DNA of 64,000 bases from NCBI GenBank assembly GCA_002269645.1, contig NIVC01003503.1:1-64000 (forward strand). The letters run 5' to 3'. The position numbers and the translations under genes are program-made. Positions within the stretch are counted from its first letter, which is position 1. Each line of letters begins with the position of its first letter. The notes below the pieces were generated by a model. That model ran no database searches, was not told where the DNA came from, and saw nothing but the letters and a program-made list of their open reading frames with translations. Source of the stretch: Macrostomum lignano (lineage: Eukaryota). Below, in pieces: positions 35,520-46,526 of this stretch.

Positions 35520-36555
35520 CTTTAATAATTATGAGCTCTTTTTTATATGCACCAAACACTTGTCATATGTTAACAACATTGAGAATGTTTTTTTTAGATA
35601 GAGCTAGCATGCGTACATCAGAAACCAAAATCTCCCATGAAGTGGCGGAAGAAAGATTAATTAAATTGTTCGAAAAGTATATCAGTCGATCCCCTGCGGT
35701 ACTACGAGTCGTCTTTGTAGTTACTATAAAGCAGTGGTACATCTTACTGCAGCTTATAAAGAGTAAAACTTGAACATGATGGGCGTTGTGACTATTTTCG
35801 AAAAAACGATTTTGGACATCAGAGGAAATGAAAATTGACTATTCAAGGACTGCTGCAGTTTCTATATAATTTAAAATTCCGATTAAACGTCACAAATATG
35901 ACATGTTCATGTACACTGAAACCTCAACGCTGCAGGGACAGATCCTCGATCGCTATAGTCTCCCGAGCATTCCGGCATCACCCAACACCCAATTAATAAG
36001 GAGATCTAGCACTTGTGGGCAGATGCATCCATATGTTTCGCTTTTTCGCGGGGACAGGGGATTTGGTCGAAATTAATTATATACAATGTATGGTAAAATT
36101 ACAAAATATGAATTTTTATGCTGTGGCATGCAGCTCAATAGAAATGATAAAATTTGCTTTTTCACCATTATAAAGAACAATTTCAATAATTTTTAATTGG
36201 GGCTATATTGTACGATTTGCAGTCAGAAAAGAGCTACATGTACGATGTACAACATATATCGGGATGCCACAGGGCTCACACCTGCCATATTGCCGCATGC
36301 TCTTTGCAGCATTGGTTGAAATGTAGCAGGTGCGAATCCAGAAAATTATACTCTTATATTTCTCAGTCCTGGCGTTCCCGGGATCAGAGGGTCACAGCTT
36401 TATATTTTCCCTGCCCTGAGGCAACTTTCCCTCGCTATGAAGCGGTTCTTCTGCCCTGAGGCGAATTCACTATTTTCTAACGTTTTCCTGCCCTAGGCAA
36501 TTTCTCGCTTTTAGCGGATCTTAATACTACTGCCGATTTGGGGCTTCCACTCTAA

Positions 36556-36815
36556 GGGCCTTTTCATATTGCTTGCTCTGGTTCCAGAACCAGAACCAAT
36601 TTGTGAAGTATAACTTTTTGTCTCCATAACTAGAGGGAGATACGTGCTATAAAGTTTTTATTATTGAATGACAATCGCCAAGAAGAAAGTGAAAAATTGT
36701 GCTAAGTTAGGTTGTTAAGGCAGTCAAATATTAACAGAGTTTAATAGTTATACTGCTGTTTTTCTTGGAATTCCGAACCGATTCTGGTTCTGGAATTGGT
36801 AATATGAAAAGGCCC
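36556..36815. mobile_element. PIF/Harbinger-type MITE (260 bp)
   Basis: Perfect 15-bp TIR gggccttttcatatt / aatatgaaaaggccc, flanked on both sides by TAA. Confidence 0.85.
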
Positions 36816-38733
36816 TAAGAAATGAATAAGTCAATTTCTTAAGCGATTAAGGTTTAGTAAGAGCTTATTAAAGTTTGCTCAGAGTTACTCGACGAGTCGA
36901 AGACGGTTGCTCTCTTGGCCTGCTCGGAGCTTCTATTTATATTGGCCATCAGGCTCGTTTAAAACAAAAGGTTAATATTCTTACAATTAACAACATTGAA
37001 ACAAAAAAATACTAGTAATTTCTTTTTGTGTGAATTTGAATGTGCGTTTTTCTAAGAATGAAACATTCGTGCATAAAAATAGAGTAATTTTCAGCACAAA
37101 AATGGAACTATGTATTATTTCTAGGCACTATATATCAATTCTATTATTCTGTTCTAATGACCCGCTTGTTCTGTGGATCATCTTTCATAATTGCAATGTC
37201 AGCCAATGAGAAAACAGTAATAAGGAAAATCACAGTGGTGATAATAAAAAATGCAAATAGCTCAAGTGTGCAAAAATGATTTCTATTAGCTTTAGGGCTA
37301 CTGTATTAAAAGCTATAACTATTAGAAAGATGTCTATAATAAAAATAGATCAATTGCACAAACTTTTAGGATGCTCCTTTGTATATGCAATCATGCAGAA
37401 CAAACAAACCCAGATAACAAATAAACATCCCAGAGTCCAGAGATGTTCATATTTTGGTCCCCTGAACGTCCAAGTTCAACGTCTTAGGACGTTCTTATCA
37501 AAGGTAATTTTTAACATTCTTATCCGACGTCATAGGGACATTGAAACCCAAAGTTTCTAAGCGACATTAGGAAGACTTAGAAATCATTTGTACAGTATTT
37601 CTTTGTATACATGCCTTGCTTCTATATACATTATATTGATCATCACAAGTAGAATAGCAGCATTTCAGCCAGTATAGTACGACCCAGTACGACTTCAAAT
37701 CCACAGCCCCTTGTGAAGAAAAAAAGCTTTTGCAAACAACAGTATACAAATTTTAATCCAATCATCATTTATCAGTTATTAGACTAGTTTTATTTATAGC
37801 AACACAAATGATAGGGGGACTGAGAGGGTAGTGCCTGAGTAAGATGAGAGGCAGTGACTGAGTGAAAGTGATAGCGAGCAGTGACCGAATTCATATGCAT
37901 ATTCACTTGCTAGTAAAGCTAAAAGTAATATATCATTAAATTATGCTTTTTTTCAATTAAACATGAATATTTTAGCAATACTATATATAATTTGCCTATT
38001 AAAATATTTTAATATTGTTTTTAATAAATCTAACAAGTAATACCTAGGAAAATGAGGTTTTTGAGGAAAATGAGCAACCTTAAATTCTAAGACTCAATTC
38101 ATATGAATGTTAAAATAATGTTAAAAAGAAATTATATAATTCTTTTATTTATAAAAATATTGTCTAGCCAAAAGTTTTTGTTGAATTGTCTTACATTGCA
38201 ACATATCACACTTTTTTGTTTCACACTATACTATGCCAGATTTTACCCTTTTTGCCTATTGTTGCACCAGAATATGGTAGCCTAGCTTATATCCAATCCA
38301 TTTTGAGCTGGAATTTTCCATGAAAAAAGCCATCTTCCTGACTTTGAATTATAAAAAAATATATAACATTTAATAGATTTTAAACAACAACAATATTAAA
38401 AAAGAATGAATAAAAAATATAGTTGAAATATTTTAGGCCTACACTAAAAATTTTAACTCTAGTTCTATCAAATCAAAACTATATTAGAAATCAATAATTA
38501 ATATAACTTAAACCGCAAAATTCATAATATTGACAACTAGTTGGATTTAAATTTAGACTATATTGTCTTATAAAATTTCTATAATTATTCCAGGATTTAT
38601 CAGATAATTTTTTTAGCATTTTATGACTTTTACTTTTCACAAGTTGAGTCTTATGGGCATAAATCTATATCTTTATAGTTCTAATAAAAATGTTTTAAAC
38701 AAAGATTGCATTGCAGTTAGCTTAAAAGGTCTA

Positions 38734-40120
38734 GGGCCATTCCATATAATTATGGTTGTAACATGACAGACTATTTTTACTTATAAAATGAAATCTAATA
38801 ATAGAATATACTAAACCAATATTTTGAATGAAATATTATTTTGTCAAAAATATGTTTATAAAGTTTCATATAGATATCATCATTAGTATAGATGCTATTA
38901 AACCTTGAATGGCACTTATGGTCGTAACAACAAGGCTCATTCCATATAAGATGGACATTTTTGGAAAATAGAAAAAAGTCAATATTTTTGCTTGCCATTG
39001 CCTTATCAGCCAATTTTTTTACCAAATGTTTTTTATGTGTAATATCTACAATCTAAGAATAAATGAATGATAAAATGTTAGATTAGTATGCTATCAAGTG
39101 GCAAAAAGTCATTTTTGTAAAAATTTAGACATTTTTCTAAGCAAAAGACATCATTAAGTTTGTGTACCTTTTAAAAACAAATAGAAAGCTTTGGAAGGTT
39201 GAAACAAACTATAGATAAAAGTATAGTACTTGCATCATCAGATAAAAGTATTGGTGACCAAATAATCTATTATATTTTTAATATATTGGTACCTTAAAGT
39301 TACTGAATTGACAGAAAAAAATATGTTACGACCATAATGTTATGACCATTAGGCTGCCTTTTCTTTTGTATCTTTGTTGCCTTTTTGAGTTCATATATTC
39401 TACAAAAAGAGTATGATTACTGAAGATGTTCTTAGTCAAATTTTAAAAAATGTATTGCAAAATATCAAAAATAAAAATGTTATAAGACTTTTACCTTTTA
39501 GTTTCTATATGTCAAAAATCCTGTTGTTACGACCATAAGTGCCATTCAAGGTTTAATAACATCTATACTAATGATGATATCTACATGAAACTCTATAAAA
39601 ATATTTTTGACAAAATTATCTTTCATTTAAAATATTGGTTTAGTATATTCTATTATTATATTTCATTTTATAAGTAAAAATAGCCTGTCATGTTACGACC
39701 ATGCTTATATGGAATGAGCCACAAGATTTTTGACATAGAAACAAAAGGTAAAAGTCTTATAACAATTTTCATTTTTGATATTTTGCAATAATTTTTAAAA
39801 TTTGACTATGAATATCTTTAGAAGTCATACTCTTTTATTAGAATATATAAACTCAAAAAGGCAACAAAGATACAAAAGAAAAGGTAGCCTTATGGTCATA
39901 ACATTATAGTTGTAACATATTTTTTTCTGTCAATTCAGTAACTTTGAGATACTAATATATTAAAAATATAATAGATTATATGGTTGCTAATGTTTTTATC
40001 TGATGATGAAAGTACTATAGTTTTGTATATAGTTTGTTTTAACCTTCTAAAGCTTTTTATTTTTTTAAAAGGTACATAAACTTAATGATGTCTTTTGATT
40101 AGAAAATGTCCAATTTTTTT
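38734..40120 (+). mobile_element. Outer copy of a ~790-bp AT-rich MITE, interrupted by an inverted copy of itself and truncated on the right
   Basis: Starts gggccattccatataa. 38734-38933 plus 39721-~40120 reconstruct the first ~600 bp of the intact copy at 40742-41529. Confidence 0.8.
38934..39720 (-). mobile_element. Full inverted copy of the same MITE (787 bp), with 4-bp TSD ACAA
   Basis: TIR ggctcattccatataa ... ttatatggaatgagcc; acaa at 38930-38933 and 39721-39724. Confidence 0.85.
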
Positions 40121-40150
40121 AATAGGGGTTATTGCTCTCACTGAAATTTT

Positions 40151-40667
40151 CTCACCGTTTTGCCACCAAGCTGTAACAGGGGTTTTCCTATGTCTCTGTA
40201 AACTGATCCTGACACCAAACCGTTCTATAAAGCTCTAATTCCTTTACCTAGTCCTTATGCTGTCACCAAAGTTGTACTAAGGCTAACTTCCTACACTTAT
40301 CTTTAAGTTCTTTTGTTAAGTTGGTAGCTGCTACTAGGATTATCCTATTAATAAATTATGAGTTTATCAATCTTAGAATAATCCGAGAAATGTTTCTTAG
40401 AATTGCTCTGAGTATATAGTCTGAGTATTTAGTCTGAGTATTATTCTTAGAAAACTGTTAGCCCTTATAAGATTTTACTCCTACGTTATTCTGGTAGCGT
40501 TCTGTTATTCTGGTATCGTTCTATTATTCCGCTAGCATTCTATTTAATAATTTGGCCTGAGCGCCTTGAGCGGTATATTGGCTTATTGGTATATGTATTT
40601 CAATGTACTTTGCAAGTCCTTGGGCGTCACCAAGATCAGAGGGTCACAGCCTCCGGTTATTCTTACA
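40151..40667 (-). mobile_element. LTR (40172-40667) with adjacent PBS TGGTGGCA; internal region deleted
   Basis: tgtaacagg...ttcttaca termini, tgccacca at 40161-40168, and LTR-like composition. Confidence 0.65.
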
Positions 40668-40741
40668 TGTATCACTTCAGATCTACTTTGTATTCTCTTA
40701 CTACTCAATACTGTTGCTTCTCAGTAGTATATACTGTATAT

Positions 40742-41529
40742 GGGCAATTCCATATAATTATGGTCGTAACATGACAGGCTATTTTTACTTATAAAATAAA
40801 ATCTAATAATAGAATACACTAAACCAATATTTTAAATGAAAGATTTTTTTGTCAAGAATATTTTTATAGAGTTTCATGTAGATATCATCATTAATATAGA
40901 TGCTATTAAACCTTGAATGGCACTTCTGGTCGTAACGACAGGATTTTTGACAGATAGAAACTAAAAGGTAAAAGTCTTATAACATTTTTCATTTTTGATA
41001 TTTTGCAATAAATTTTTTAAAATTCGACTAAGAACATCTTCAGAAATCATACTCTTTTTGTAGAATATATAAACTCAAAAAGGCAACAAAGATACAAAAG
41101 AAAAGGCAGCCTTATGGTCGTAACATTCTGGTCGTAACATATTTTGTTCTGTCAATTCAGTAACTTAGAGGTACCAATATATTAAAAATATAATTGATTA
41201 TTTGTTCATCAATACTTTTATCTGATGATGCAAGTACTATACTTTTATCTATAGTTTGTTTCAACCTTCCAAAGCTTTCTATTTGTTTTTAAAAGGTTCA
41301 CAAACTAAATGATGTCTTTTGCTTAAAAAACTGTCCAAATTTTTACAAAAATTACTTTTTGCCACTTGATAACATACTAATCTAACATTTTATCATTCAT
41401 TTATTCTTAGATTGTAGATGTTACACATAAAAAACATTTGGTAAAAAAATTGGCTAATCAGGCAGTGGCAAGCAAAAATATTGACTTTTTTCTATTTTCC
41501 AAATATGTCCATCTTATATGGAATGAGCC
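40742..41529 (+). mobile_element. Third copy of the MITE (788 bp), with 4-bp TSD ATAT
   Basis: gggcaattccatataa ... ttatatggaatgagcc; atat at 40738-40741 and 41530-41533. Confidence 0.85.
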
Positions 41530-42620
41530 ATATGCTTCGGTCTACTTCACTCTTGTATCTGCAAATAATTAACTTGGAAAACAACTTCACTCTTATTTAA
41601 TCCGAACTCTTACTAACTGCTTATTATTCGCTTACTATCAAATCGTGGTGCTCGAGGTAGAAGGTTAGTTCTTCTCTCGCCAAAATTGCTTCTATTTATA
41701 CCATTTTTCATTACAATTTTAAACAAAAAATAATTATACAAAATATTATTGGAAAAGCGTACGTTATAACAAAACATGTTTCTTAGTTTTTCGCATAAAT
41801 TTAAATGCTATAGATTCAATGAAATAAAAACGGAAAAAAATGAATAATTGCCTGTCTCAACCTCTCCTGCCTTAAAAGAAATTTTTAAACGAAATACACT
41901 TCTTACAGTAGATTGAGTGCAAAAATTTCTAACAAAGATGTGAAAAACGAAGTGCAAAAATGAAAAAGTGCAAAAGAAAATACAACAGGATAGGTGCTTT
42001 AGTAGTGCAATAAGTTTCTAAAAAGGCAGCTAAATTGAAGTATACCACTAGTAATAAATGATGTAAAACAAGCAATAGACAAAATAAAGTTGATATGTAG
42101 CAGGCAATATATATAAAAAAATTGATATGTACTAAGCATAATAGTAAACAATAGAGGAAACACAAAGGAAACACACTATTATTCACTAGAAAACATTATT
42201 AGGCACTAATTTAGTCAATAAAGTACAACACTTAATGAACTTTGGAGTAATAACTAATAAGAGTAGGCTTTTAAGCAAAATGTCACTTAAAAATAACTGT
42301 CAGAGTTTAGAAATTACATGGGTCCGGCAGGTTGCAGAAGTATGGCCAGCCGACCAAGCCGAAAATCCACCGTATCTCGATTGCCAGCAGTCGACTCTGG
42401 ACTGCCTGCGAATCGGCCCGGAAGACGCGTTGAAGCTCTTCGGCTATGTGGCACAGTAGGGCCACGCTCTCGGCTTGGCTGCACATCTCCCGGAGGGCGC
42501 GGACAGCAGGCCAGACCTGCGCACGCTGTGGCAGGGCCTGGTCTAGGCGGAGATGGCCGATTCTTTGTAGTTACTGCAGGATGCCGTGTCGGATTCGTTC
42601 AATGTGCTCGCTGGCTTCGA

Positions 42621-43370
42621 TTAACCGTTGGGCAGTCTCTGAAACATTTCAACATGCACCGGCCGCTGTGGTCGAGGTGCGGCGGCGACGGCTGGACGAG
42701 GCTGAGGCGCAGCAGCGGCGTCGGCGGCTGGACGGGGCTGAGGCGCAGCAGCGGCGTCGGCGGCTGGACGATACTGAGCAGCAGCGGAGTTCTCGGCAGC
42801 ACGCGGAGGCCCGGCTCGACGTCGTGGTGGCGGCGCTTCGGCCGGCAGTCGAAGTTGATCTGGTGCTGCGGCACTGGCGCCTGTCGGCCTTCGGTTCTCC
42901 GGAGCGACGTAGTCCTGAACCGGAGCTGCAGCGGCGGCTTGCAGCAAAGCCGACCGTTTCGGCGGTGTTGGGCCTTCGACCTGGAGACGTTGACTGCTTG
43001 AAGGCGACAGTGGCCTTGGTCGCTTGTTAGTCTCGCCTAGGGATCGAGGTCGTGTCGGACAGCGCATCGGAGCCTCGGCTGCTGCGGCGGCCGATGTCGA
43101 CGCTCGCGATGACGATGGTCTGGCCGTCTCTGAAGTCGGGTGAGCTGGCGGCTGCGCTGGCGACTGAGCTGGCGGCTGCGCTGGCGACTGAGCTGGCGGC
43201 TGCGCTGGCGACTGAGCTGGCGGCTGCGCTGGCGACTGAGCTGGCGGCTGCGCTGGCGACTGAGCTGGCGGCTGCGCTGGCTGAGCTGGCTCTGCCTCTT
43301 GCGATAATTCGCTATCAGACAGGGGTCCGCCTAATAATTCTGCTAAGATGTCGTCCACGTGATTGCTCAT
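42621..43370 (-). CDS. Pro/Ala-rich accessory ORF downstream of the Gypsy integrase; function unknown, probably continues to ~42297 after a frameshift
   Basis: 249-aa ORF. An alternative frame continues QRLIEASEHIERIRHGILQ*LQRIGHLRLDQALPQRAQVWPAVRALREMC...FCNLPDPCNF*. Confidence 0.5.
   Translation of the reverse strand: MSNHVDDILAELLGGPLSDSELSQEAEPAQPAQPPAQSPAQPPAQSPAQPPAQSPAQPPAQSPAQPPAQSPAQPPAHPTSETARPSSSRASTSAAAAAEAPMRCPTRPRSLGETNKRPRPLSPSSSQRLQVEGPTPPKRSALLQAAAAAPVQDYVAPENRRPTGASAAAPDQLRLPAEAPPPRRRAGPPRAAENSAAAQYRPAADAAAAPQPRPAADAAAAPQPRPAVAAAPRPQRPVHVEMFQRLPNG
43140..43290. repeat. 24-bp coding tandem repeat (~6 units; AQPPAQSP)
   Basis: Unit ctgagctggcggctgcgctggcga. Confidence 0.95.
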
Positions 43371-43827
43371 GGCTTATAATAAAGATCCTTACGCTATGCT
43401 AATAATGAGCTAATTGCTTGTGAAATATGATGCTCTGGGAGCTCTATGGGGATTCGTATTTATATCCGGCCAGCCGAAAAACTGGACCGCATCGTTGTGT
43501 TCGCGCTTTCACTTTCGAAGGGTTTAGTGGGGTCACGTGTTCGTCAACCATAGTGGTTCTCTAGCGTTCGCTTCGCGGGCTCTCATTGGTTCAGAGCGGC
43601 GCACCGTTGCTAAGCGTTGCTAGGATTTTTACTGGCTTCGGATTTCTTCACACAATTCTCTCACGTCTACTACTAGTAATGCGCAATGTTTTTGTGTTTT
43701 TAAAATTTTTAAAATTTTTATATTTTTTTCAATTTTATTATTCAGAGCAGATTTGTATATACAGAGCATTTTTTGATTTTAAGCAAATTCTATTTACAAT
43801 TTAATACTTAGCATGATGCAAATTGGA

Positions 43828-44835
43828 TTATTTCAGATAATGGGTGTATCGCCTGCGGGGGGCGAATCCTGAGGTGACAACTCTCTCACTTCTTGGTCTC
43901 AGATTATAATGCGGCCTATGCTCAATCCTTTCGTCTTCATTTCTTTCTCTCCTATCTAATTCTAATGCGTCATCTGTTTCGGCTGGCTCAGTTCTTTCAC
44001 TATCTATTGACTCATCTCCCTGCTCAAATTCTTCTTCGTTTGGTTCTATCTCATTCTGCTCAATCTCATCTTCATTCGGATCGATTGCTCTGGTTCTCCA
44101 CTGGATTCTTTTGTCTTCGGAACTTTCGCTTAATACTATGGCTGGCTCCATCTGTTTTCCTGTCCGTTTTGGCTGTCGCTGTTGCTGTGGCCTTTTCAGT
44201 TCTTTCTTTTTCTGCTTGTTAGTCGGCTTTTCTTTCGGTTCTGCTTCTTTGTTCTGTTCATCCGGCAGGTCTATTTCTGAGTTAGGCACTGGGGTGAGGT
44301 TGTTCCGATGCACGAGCATCTTCTCGCCACTTCTCACTCCGTCTATCTCTCTTTGCACTCGGAAGACTGTTTCAGAAATTTGCGCCAGTACTCTGAATGC
44401 TGCTCTTTTCTTGCGATGGAACTTGTGACTTTCTTCGCTATGTAGCTGCGAATTATTGTTCAATGCGAGGCATCCAACCGGCACATGCTTCGGTGGTTTA
44501 TTCTCAGCATTGTCACCTTCTCGTCGGTCTCTCACTTTTTCCAACTTTTTCTGCACGATTTTCTGCGCTTCTTCAAGTCTTTCGGCATGACTCAGCACGT
44601 AGCTTGGATAGTCATAGTATAGCCTAGGCTTCCGAATAATGCTGTCAATTCTGAGGTTTGCTTCTCTGCCGAATAGCAGGTAGTGCGGGGTAAACCCGGT
44701 AGTCTGGTTCACACTGGTGCGCACAGCTACCAGAGCTGCGGGAATTAGCAGATCCCAGTCGGAATGGTCTTTCTCTACTAGGCACGATATTATCGACTTT
44801 ATCTGCTTATTGAACTGTTTTGGAAAAAAGTACAA
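43828..44835 (-). pseudogene. Gypsy integrase C-terminal half, 5'-truncated
   Basis: DWDLLIPAALVAVRTSVNQTTGFTPHYLLFGRE, followed by a GPF/Y-position segment (AAFRVLAQISETVFRV) and an acidic tail. Confidence 0.88.
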
Positions 44836-45473
44836 AATTCCAGTATTTACATGTTAATATTAATGGATTAATGCTCATTACCAATAATTAGTTAACTTTT
44901 AGTCAACTTAACAATGTTAAAACTTAATAAGATTTTCATTAATATACTAGTGCCAACATTGGTCATTACTTTGGATGCAGGTTCTTCTGCAATTAAATTT
45001 GTATTACCATATTTAAGGTTATTTGTATGTGAGAAATTTCCAGTATACCAATTGATAGTTGAGCCATTTCTGTATACTACTTTGGCATACCATTTAAGTT
45101 TGAGATGATTTTTTGGCTTTTAATTGCTGAAAATTCTAATGGTGCAATAATATTATATGCTTTTTTGTTAAAACAGAATAATTTATTATATGTTTAAAGT
45201 AATTTGAAGTAAGGCAGTTAAACAGAAGAAAAAAATTGTTTGGAACTTTGGCAGGTTCAATATTTTGAATTGCCACTTGCATGTGCATTTGCAAAATTAA
45301 AGCTGGAAATTTCGTACAAAAGAATTTGTTGATTCTGTTGGGTTTTTCTATCTGCCAGGTAGTTCATATAATAGTCAAGCTGTTGTAAGTTAAAAGAGCA
45401 GTGTATCGTTTGTATACCTATAAAGTTTATAAATAATAAGTCCTATTTGTTATTACTGCATTCTGCATTTCAG

Positions 45474-46526
45474 ATGCCTCTTGAATGCTCTGGATCACTT
45501 TGTTGGAATTCAACTTTGACGTCTAATGAAGACTACATCTACATCGGTGGTCTTTATCTATCTGTTGCTGAATCAGCCGATGGTGATTCTCCTGTCATTT
45601 ATTTAGTGTGCAGTTCTGGTTTATTTACCATGGCGATTAAAAAAGTGGATGGTGAAATATTACCATTAAGGAAAGCTGACGGTTTTGCTGTTACTGACCA
45701 AGTCTTGCTTGCTATCTTGTCGGGCGTCATCTATTCCAAAACAATGCACGATATTGTCAAAGCAATTAAAAACAAATTGAAAACTATTGTGCTACATCCA
45801 ATACAGTTCAACCTCAATAATGATGCGAGATCAATTAGCTTCAAGTCCATTCACACAACATCGAATGAAGTGTTTTCAATTACAAGTGATGAAGCTCTTT
45901 GCAAATTATGCAATGTTGTCAGCTGCAGTGCCATTTCAACTGTAGAGCCAGCCTGCCCATTTCGTGTCCGCCAAATTGCGTGTGGAAATGACCACTGTGT
46001 TGTATTAGCGAACAATGGCTTAGTGTTATCCATGGGAGTTGGCTCCCACGGTCAACTTGGACATGGCGATTTAGCTGATTTGACTGTTCCTAAGCAAGTG
46101 GATTCGCTGAGTATACTCTCAATTGTTTCTGTATCAGCTGGTGGTTGGCATAGTGCATTTCTTTCTAGCACTGGAGATCTATACATGTGTGGTTGGAACG
46201 AGTCAATGCAGCTAGGCATCAAAAATACTTCTCTATGCTCAGAACCGGAGCCACTTGACTTGCCACCTGAACTCTCTGATGGAAGTATGATTGATGAAGT
46301 TGTATCTGGTGTCTCCTGTGGCCACAGACATACAGTTCTGTGGACCGAAAGAAATACAATATTCTGTCTTGGTGGGTCTACAAACTTATCGGATAAGCGA
46401 AAAGTACTACTTGGCGATAGCTTCAGAGTAGTTACCATTGGACATAAGTCAACTGTGTATCATGGTCAGAGCGCTATTGTATGCAAAAGTTTTGACTTTG
46501 GTTTTGCAGTTTACTGTCAATCTTAA
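45474..46526 (+). CDS. RCCD1: RCC1-repeat protein, RCCD1-like (~350 aa, single coding exon)
   Basis: RQIACGNDHCVVL...GSHGQLGHG...VSAGGWHSAFLSSTGDLYMCGWNESMQLG...VSCGHRHTV. The GGWHS...GDLY.WGWNESGQL pattern is characteristic of RCCD1. The first ATG (45474) directly follows ttctgcatttcag. Confidence 0.85.
   Translation: MPLECSGSLCWNSTLTSNEDYIYIGGLYLSVAESADGDSPVIYLVCSSGLFTMAIKKVDGEILPLRKADGFAVTDQVLLAILSGVIYSKTMHDIVKAIKNKLKTIVLHPIQFNLNNDARSISFKSIHTTSNEVFSITSDEALCKLCNVVSCSAISTVEPACPFRVRQIACGNDHCVVLANNGLVLSMGVGSHGQLGHGDLADLTVPKQVDSLSILSIVSVSAGGWHSAFLSSTGDLYMCGWNESMQLGIKNTSLCSEPEPLDLPPELSDGSMIDEVVSGVSCGHRHTVLWTERNTIFCLGGSTNLSDKRKVLLGDSFRVVTIGHKSTVYHGQSAIVCKSFDFGFAVYCQS

Larger units (their letters stand above)
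41530..44835 (-). mobile_element. 3' part of a Gypsy retrotransposon (integrase end, extra ORF, probable 3' LTR)
   Basis: Integrase ORF, downstream ORF, a purine tract aaggcaggagagg (-) at ~41860-41872, then an LTR-like region with gtataaatag (-) at ~41692-41701. Confidence 0.7.
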
